Shown in pieces: positions 58,838 to 64,000 of a DNA stretch of 64,000 nucleotides. A program made the position numbers and the translations under genes. Origin of the DNA: an uncultured Mycoplasmatota bacterium (GTDB lineage Bacteria > Bacillota_I > Bacilli_A > RF39 > UBA660). The notes under the pieces are model-generated. The model ran no database searches. It had not been told where the DNA came from and was given only the letters and a program-made list of their open reading frames with translations. Position 1 is the first letter of the stretch; every line of letters begins with the position of its first letter. The stretch spans positions 857 to 64,856 of the forward strand of contig URUT01000001.1 in assembly GCA_900551105.1 (NCBI GenBank). Direction: 5' to 3'.

Positions 58838-59891
58838 TTATGTTGTTTCTAAAAGAAACTTTCTATCAGATTATTCAAGAATTGAATCTAAAAAAATAGA
58901 TATGACATTGTCTGGAAAATTTTTATCTAGTTATGGTAAATTAAAAATAAATCCAAAGGAATTTGACAAATATCCATCACACGATGAGATTAATAAGTTA
59001 GAGCAAGAAATTAAAAATCACGAAAATATACAACAAGAAATAATTTTAGGTGCAGGAGCAAATGGCATTTTACAAAATATCATAAAACTGTTTTTTGTTA
59101 AAAGAGGAAATTTGGTTACACCATTTTATACATTTAATCAAGTTGAGTTTGGAGTTACATCTTTTAATGGTAAAACATATAGAGTTTTTACTGATAATTA
59201 TAAAATTAATTTTAATAAAATGAAAAAAGCTATTAATAGAAAAACGAGAATGGTTTATATTTGTAATCCTAACAATCCAACTGGTCTATATGAAAATTGT
59301 GAAAATATTATAAATTTTGCCAAAAGTATAAATGTTCCTGTTGTCGTTGATGAGTCTGGAATAGAATTTACAAATAAAAAAAGTTTATTGAGTTATAAAA
59401 ATATTCCTAAAAATTTATTAATTGTAAGATCATTTTCTAAAGCCTATGGTATTGCAAATTTTAGACTTGGTTATCTTGTGTGTAACCCCGAATTTAAGCA
59501 AAGTTATCTTGAAAATATAACGACAAACGAATTTTCTGGGTTGTCTTGTATAGTTGCGAACGAGTTGTTGAAAAATGGAAAAGAAAATATAACGAATAAT
59601 ATTAAATCTATAACCAAAGAGAAAAAAGTAATAATTAAAAAACTTGATAAAATAGGAATTAAATGTATTTTAAGTGATTCAAACACTATAATGACAGACA
59701 GCGTTTTTAAAAACGAATTTTTAAAACTACTTGAACAAAATAATATATCAGTTGTTCCAGTATATGATGAAAATAATAAATTGCATATAAGAATTGCAAT
59801 TCAAGATGAAATTACAAATAAAAAGTTTGTAGATATTTTAGTAAAAATAATGAACGAATATCAAGTATTAGAAGATGGAGGTAAAAAATGA
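58785..59891 (+). CDS. PLP-dependent class I/II aminotransferase-fold enzyme (HisC / CobD-like)
   Basis: ICNPNNPTG motif and PLP-lysine motif RSFSKAYGIANFRLGY. The ORF overlaps the upstream stop, and the true start may be at a downstream ATG (58806 or 58902). Confidence 0.65.
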   Translation: MLEVEKEMFIQSLLKNSNYVVSKRNFLSDYSRIESKKIDMTLSGKFLSSYGKLKINPKEFDKYPSHDEINKLEQEIKNHENIQQEIILGAGANGILQNIIKLFFVKRGNLVTPFYTFNQVEFGVTSFNGKTYRVFTDNYKINFNKMKKAINRKTRMVYICNPNNPTGLYENCENIINFAKSINVPVVVDESGIEFTNKKSLLSYKNIPKNLLIVRSFSKAYGIANFRLGYLVCNPEFKQSYLENITTNEFSGLSCIVANELLKNGKENITNNIKSITKEKKVIIKKLDKIGIKCILSDSNTIMTDSVFKNEFLKLLEQNNISVVPVYDENNKLHIRIAIQDEITNKKFVDILVKIMNEYQVLEDGGKK

Positions 59892-61057
59892 AAATATCGT
59901 TAGCAACAAATTTTGATAATAAATTAATTGATCAAATTAAAGATTATCCTGTGTATGAAGTTTATGGAAAAATGAAACACGATTATATTGGTGGAGGAAG
60001 ACCAGATAACACTTTGTCCAATATAGATAAAGAATTATTTGAATCTCACATTAAAAAGGTAAGAGAAGCAGGTATTAGATTTAATTATTTACTGAATGGT
60101 AGTTGTTTATCCAATAATGAGCAAGATCCAGCGTGGCAATCTGAATTCAAAAGGTTTTTAGAATATTTAAAAGATATAGGCGTTAATGCTTTGACAATAA
60201 CTAATCCGTACATTTTAATGTTTGTAAAAAAATATTTTAAAGAAGATTTTAAAGTTAGGGTTTCCACATTTGCTTGTATTGACTCTTACACAAAAGCAAA
60301 ATACTGGGAAGATCTTGGTGCAGATTACTTATGTGTAGATTTTGTAAAAGTAAATAGAGATTTTAAGACACTAAAATATATGGTTGATAATTTAAAAACA
60401 GCTAAAATAGAGATTTTAGTAACAAATAGTTGTTTAAAAAATTGCCCTATGATATATACACATACAACTGGCTTATCTCACGCTTCGAATAAAGATAAAA
60501 ATAGTAATTCTTATGAAGATTGGAGTTTGTTTTATTGTCAAAAAAAAGAATTAGAAAATATTGAAGAATATATTAGATCACCGTGGGTTAGACCTGAGGA
60601 TATTAAATTTTACGAAAATATTGGTATAGAACATTTTAAAATTACTGAAAGAGGTTTTCCAACTGAGGAATTGGTGAAAAGAGTGAAAGCCTATACTGAT
60701 AGAAAATATGAAGGTAATTTGTTAGATTTAATACAAGGACACGGCGTAGTAGCAAAAGATGATTTGAAATTACAAAGGCAAAGTGTTAATAGTAGAAAAG
60801 AAATATATGAAGAAATTAGACGAGTTAGAGGATTAGGAAGACAAAGAGAATGTGAGAGACATATATATATTGATAATAAAAAACTTGATAATTTTATAAC
60901 ATTCTTTATAGATAATAAGTGTACAGGCAATTGTAACTCGTGTGGATATTGTAATATGATTGCTAAAAATGTAATTACTAAAAACAAAGAAGTATGTGAT
61001 TATTTATTGGAATTATATAACAAATATGATGAAGTAAAGATGGATGTAAATGAGTAA
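59888..61057 (+). CDS. U32-family (peptidase U32 / RlhA-TrhP-like) protein with a C-terminal Cys cluster
   Basis: The TIM-barrel segment order matches the U32 topology (GVNALTITNPYIL; RVSTFACIDSYTKAKYWEDLGADY...VNRDFK; KIEILVTNSCLKNC, similar to vElevFvHGalC..yS). C-terminal CTGNCNSCGYC. Assignment by pattern only. Confidence 0.45.
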   Translation: MKISLATNFDNKLIDQIKDYPVYEVYGKMKHDYIGGGRPDNTLSNIDKELFESHIKKVREAGIRFNYLLNGSCLSNNEQDPAWQSEFKRFLEYLKDIGVNALTITNPYILMFVKKYFKEDFKVRVSTFACIDSYTKAKYWEDLGADYLCVDFVKVNRDFKTLKYMVDNLKTAKIEILVTNSCLKNCPMIYTHTTGLSHASNKDKNSNSYEDWSLFYCQKKELENIEEYIRSPWVRPEDIKFYENIGIEHFKITERGFPTEELVKRVKAYTDRKYEGNLLDLIQGHGVVAKDDLKLQRQSVNSRKEIYEEIRRVRGLGRQRECERHIYIDNKKLDNFITFFIDNKCTGNCNSCGYCNMIAKNVITKNKEVCDYLLELYNKYDEVKMDVNE

Positions 61058-61637
61058 GATTGGGATTGATATAGCGGATACTATTATAGATGTTTGGCCT
61101 TCTTTAATAAAAAAAGCAAAACAATTCAACCTAGAACATTCAAATAATAAACCAAGTGAGGAAAAACATTTATATTTGCCAGAAGATATATATGGCTGGT
61201 CTAAAGAGGAAAAGGAAGAATTTTGGGAGTGTTATGGACAAGAAATAACATTTTCATCACCAGTAAAAAAGGGAGTAGTTGATACTTTACAATATTTTAA
61301 AGAATTGGGATATTTAATATATTTTATTACTGCAAAGACAGAAGATACATATGCTGATTTGGAAAAGAAAATTATAGAATTGTTAGTGAAAAATAATTTG
61401 CCTTATGACAAAATATTTATGCAAGTTAGTAATAAAGGAAAATTTTGTTTTGAAAATGGAATTGAATATTTAATAGATGATTCTTTTGATAATTGTTCAA
61501 AAGCTAATCAGTATGGAATAAAGAGTCTATTGATGACTAACGAATACAATATTGACAGAGTACTATACGACAATATGTATAGAATCAATGAATTTTCGGA
61601 AGCAAAAAAATATATTAAAAAAAATAGGAGGTTTTAG
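61050..61637 (+). CDS. HAD-superfamily NT5C-like nucleotidase (paralog of 40211)
   Basis: KIGIDIADTIIDV (degenerate DxDxT), YFITAKT and YLIDDSFDN. Overall colinear with the 40211 protein. 195-aa ORF. Confidence 0.5.
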   Translation: MSKIGIDIADTIIDVWPSLIKKAKQFNLEHSNNKPSEEKHLYLPEDIYGWSKEEKEEFWECYGQEITFSSPVKKGVVDTLQYFKELGYLIYFITAKTEDTYADLEKKIIELLVKNNLPYDKIFMQVSNKGKFCFENGIEYLIDDSFDNCSKANQYGIKSLLMTNEYNIDRVLYDNMYRINEFSEAKKYIKKNRRF

Positions 61638-62239
61638 TGAAAAAAGTATTGTTTTTGGTTGGACCACACGCAAGTGGAAAAACATACTCATCAAGAGAGT
61701 ATATTGCAAAAAATAAAAATATTGGAATGATTGATACTGGACCAATTATGAGAAGAATACATAAAGAAATGGATCCAGATACTTCAATGGGAGATTGGGT
61801 AAAAAAATTAGAAGTTCAGTATGGAAAGGATATTACTTCTCAATTGATTTCAAATGAAATAGGTAAAATAATGTCTAATGATGAGTGCGATAAATTTATC
61901 TTAATTGGATTTAGAACATTAGAAGGAATAGCATTTACTATTCAACATTTGAATATAGAAGATTTTAGTATTTTATATGTAGATGCAACGCAAGAATTAT
62001 TATATAAAAATTATTTAGCAAGAGAGAAGAAAAATATTTCATTTGAAGATTTTAAAAACTATTTACAAAATGAGTTAAATAGTGGGCTTACAAAATTAAG
62101 GGAAATGGCATTAGATGGTGATATGGTTGATTATTATTATCGTTTCAGTAATAATGATAGTTTTGAAGAAAAAATAGATAGCCATTTAACTAATTGTGAG
62201 ATAAAAAAATTAAGAAAGGAGCCTAAAAATGGAAAATAA
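61637..62239 (+). CDS. P-loop NTPase, predicted nucleoside / nucleotide kinase
   Basis: Walker A VLFLVGPHASGKTY at the extreme N-terminus in a 200-aa ORF. The size and layout are typical of small (d)NMP or nucleoside kinases. Confidence 0.5.
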   Translation: MKKVLFLVGPHASGKTYSSREYIAKNKNIGMIDTGPIMRRIHKEMDPDTSMGDWVKKLEVQYGKDITSQLISNEIGKIMSNDECDKFILIGFRTLEGIAFTIQHLNIEDFSILYVDATQELLYKNYLAREKKNISFEDFKNYLQNELNSGLTKLREMALDGDMVDYYYRFSNNDSFEEKIDSHLTNCEIKKLRKEPKNGK

Positions 62240-62822
62240 TTATATTTGGCCTATTGAACCACAATATAAAGTCTTGGAACACGACAGATATGGTTTAAGG
62301 CCAGTGCATATGATACTTGGAAAACCTAGATTTCATTCTGGATTTGATATTACTGCACAAACTCTTACCCCAGTAAAAGCATCAATTGAAGGAATTGTTG
62401 TATCAGCAGGTTTAGACGAAAAGATTATATCTGGAAGTGCAAAATGGAATGAAAGATATGGCAACAAGGTTGAAATATTGGATAGAAATGGTAGAAGACT
62501 AGTCTATGCACATTTAAGAGAAGTTTTAGTTCAACTTGGTCAGCAAATAGAACAAAGCCAAATAATTGGTTTAAGTGGTTGCTCTGGTGGTTCAAGAATA
62601 CCTCATTTACATTTTGAAGTAAGAAAATTTGATACTAGTCATTCTGGAGAAGAAAATACTATTAATCCATTGGAGATATTACCATACTATGATTTGGAAA
62701 ATTTAGCAAAACACTTTGATGAAGAACCCTATGCAGAAGTATGGGAAAAATTTCTAGAAAATCCGTGGGGAATGACTGATAACGATATTCCTTATGCAAA
62801 TTGCAGAAAATTAATAAGATAA
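62229..62822 (+). CDS. M23-family (LytM-type) metallopeptidase domain protein, no signal peptide
   Basis: HxxxD (HSGFDI), central YGNKVEILDRNGRRLVYAHL and C-terminal HLHFEV motifs in a 197-aa ORF. Confidence 0.65.
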   Translation: MENNYIWPIEPQYKVLEHDRYGLRPVHMILGKPRFHSGFDITAQTLTPVKASIEGIVVSAGLDEKIISGSAKWNERYGNKVEILDRNGRRLVYAHLREVLVQLGQQIEQSQIIGLSGCSGGSRIPHLHFEVRKFDTSHSGEENTINPLEILPYYDLENLAKHFDEEPYAEVWEKFLENPWGMTDNDIPYANCRKLIR

Positions 62823-62860
62823 TAAAAATATATGGTATAATAGAGTTGGAGGATGATAAA

Positions 62861-63439
62861 ATGGAAAAACCAATATATTTAACTGGTAATAAGGGGAAAT
62901 TTGAGGAGGCACAACATATTTTTAAAGATATGTATGGATTTGATATCGAGATTAAAAATCCTGATTTTGAAATCATTGAAATACAAGCAAAAAGTTGCAA
63001 AGAAGTAGTTGCATTTAGTGTAAAATATGCTTGTGAAAAATTAGGCAGACCTTGTATTAAATCAGATTCTGGTTTATATATAGATGCTTTAGGAGGCCTA
63101 CCTGGTCCTTATAATGCATATTTTGACAAGCAAATTGGTGTTGATAAGTTCTTGGAATTATTCAAAAACGAAACTAATAGAAAGGCAAGATTAGAAGATT
63201 GTTTTGCTTATTGTGAGCCAGGACAAGAACCTGTTATATTTACTGGTGGTGGAACTGGTACAATAGCAACAGAAGCAAGAGGTAATTTGGGAAGATGGCA
63301 CGATAAGTTTTATATTCCAGATGGGGAAACAGAAACATTAAGCGAATTAAGAGAAAAAGATAGAGATTATGAAGCAAAATTTTGGGGTACTGCTAAATAT
63401 GATTTTGCTGAATGGTTTAAAAACAATAAAATGCAATAA
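62861..63439 (+). CDS. non-canonical purine NTP pyrophosphatase (Ham1 / RdgB / ITPase family)
   Basis: IYLTGNKGKFEE (similar to ATGN.GK..E), KSDSGLYIDALGGLPGPYNAYF (similar to DDSGL.vdAL.G.PGvySaR) and CFAYCEPG. Start at ATG 62861 after RBS GGAGG. Confidence 0.7.
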   Translation: MEKPIYLTGNKGKFEEAQHIFKDMYGFDIEIKNPDFEIIEIQAKSCKEVVAFSVKYACEKLGRPCIKSDSGLYIDALGGLPGPYNAYFDKQIGVDKFLELFKNETNRKARLEDCFAYCEPGQEPVIFTGGGTGTIATEARGNLGRWHDKFYIPDGETETLSELREKDRDYEAKFWGTAKYDFAEWFKNNKMQ

Positions 63440-63460
63440 AAAATTTTGATAGGGGGTCAA

Positions 63461-64000
63461 ATGATGAAAAAGGTTACAATCATTGCGGGACCGTGTGCAG
63501 TTGAATCTGAGGAACAAATAGTTAGGATTGCCATAAAACTAAAACAAATTGGTGTTGATTATTTAAGAGGCGGTGCATTTAAACCACGAACTAACCCAGA
63601 CAGTTTTCAAGGATTGGGAGATTTGGGAATAGAATATCTTTTAAAAGCTAAAGAAATAACTGGCTTACCAATTGTTACCGAATTAATGACAATAGAACAG
63701 GTAAGAAAATATGCAGATAAAATTGATATTATACAAATTGGTAGTAGAAATATGTATAATTATGAATTATTAAAAGAATTAAGCCATTATTCAAAACCTG
63801 TATTATTAAAAAGAGGTTTAAGTGCCACATATAGTGAATGGATTAATGCTGCAAAATATATAAATAATGAAGACAAGGTTATTTTATGTGAAAGGGGAAT
63901 AAGAAGTTTTGACACAACAACAAGAAATGTCCTAGATATTCAAGCAGTTCCGTATATTAAAAATAACACAAAGCATAAAATTTTTGTTGATCCTAGTCAC
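63461..64000 (+). CDS. aroF: 3-deoxy-7-phosphoheptulonate (DAHP) synthase, type I-beta catalytic barrel only (3' end beyond window)
   Basis: IIAGPCAVESEEQ, LRGGAFKPRTNPDSFQGLG, QIGSRNMYNYELLKEL, VLLKRG, VILCERGIRSFDTTTRNVLDIQAVP and IFVDPSH. These match Thermotoga / Bacillus-type DAHP synthase better than KDO8P synthase. RBS GGGGG precedes ATG 63461, and there is no N-terminal regulatory domain. Confidence 0.75.
   Translation, partial: MMKKVTIIAGPCAVESEEQIVRIAIKLKQIGVDYLRGGAFKPRTNPDSFQGLGDLGIEYLLKAKEITGLPIVTELMTIEQVRKYADKIDIIQIGSRNMYNYELLKELSHYSKPVLLKRGLSATYSEWINAAKYINNEDKVILCERGIRSFDTTTRNVLDIQAVPYIKNNTKHKIFVDPSH

Overview
This is an AT-rich (visibly about 30% GC) chromosomal segment from a Gram-positive, endospore-forming Firmicute, Clostridia- or Erysipelotrichia-like. 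The assignment rests on an intact pro-sigma-K gene, CotF-like and YjcZ-like spore proteins, a class-B sortase with an anchored substrate, and Bacillus-type housekeeping genes read in genetic code 11. The core genes are uvrC, sigK, dnaE, a plsC / acyl-CoA ligase / plsC lipid cluster, argS, ruvA, ruvB, glyA-thyA-folA, queA-tgt, a heterodimeric ABC exporter, a ttcA-like gene and two tRNA-Thr genes. Six accessory or unusual loci are embedded among them. (1) A sortase-B gene beside a 1335-aa adhesin carrying a VWA domain and MucBP repeats. (2) The region between the two tRNA-Thr genes (about 19.9-24.0 kb), which holds a KilA-N gene, tandem copies of a conserved small-RNA module (promoter, about 110 nt, intrinsic terminator with compensatory stem changes) convergent with tiny hydrophobic-peptide ORFs, which I read as type I toxin-antitoxin-like, and an HExxH-protease-like domain fused to an Ogt/MGMT alkyltransferase domain. 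A third copy of the RNA module precedes a Cys-rich DUF1848-like gene. (3) A paralogous family of secreted or signal-anchored proteins: a 5'-truncated copy at 1-780, full copies at 31039 and 35193, and a nonsense-mutated copy at 36850. Copy A is driven by a TTGACA / 9xG / TATAAT promoter, which is a candidate slipped-strand phase-variation switch, and LemA plus a DUF2207 gene sit between copies A and B. (4) An HAD-family nucleotidase gene wedged between ruvA and ruvB. (5) A three-gene operon of unknown proteins at 51.0-52.9 kb. (6) From about 55.26 kb to the window end, an island that truncates a dacA-like gene. It starts with a plasmid Rep/DnaD-like gene, then a strong promoter drives a GreA/Rnk-like gene, a 41-aa Cys-containing peptide ORF ending inside a terminator hairpin, and a tightly coupled operon: GHMP-kinase/methyltransferase fusion, HisC/CobD-like PLP enzyme, U32-family enzyme, HAD nucleotidase, P-loop kinase, M23 peptidase, Ham1 NTP pyrophosphatase and a short-form DAHP synthase. 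I consider this uncharacterised small-molecule, nucleotide-tailoring or RiPP-like island the most likely undescribed system in the window. No CRISPR array, rRNA or integrase gene was seen.
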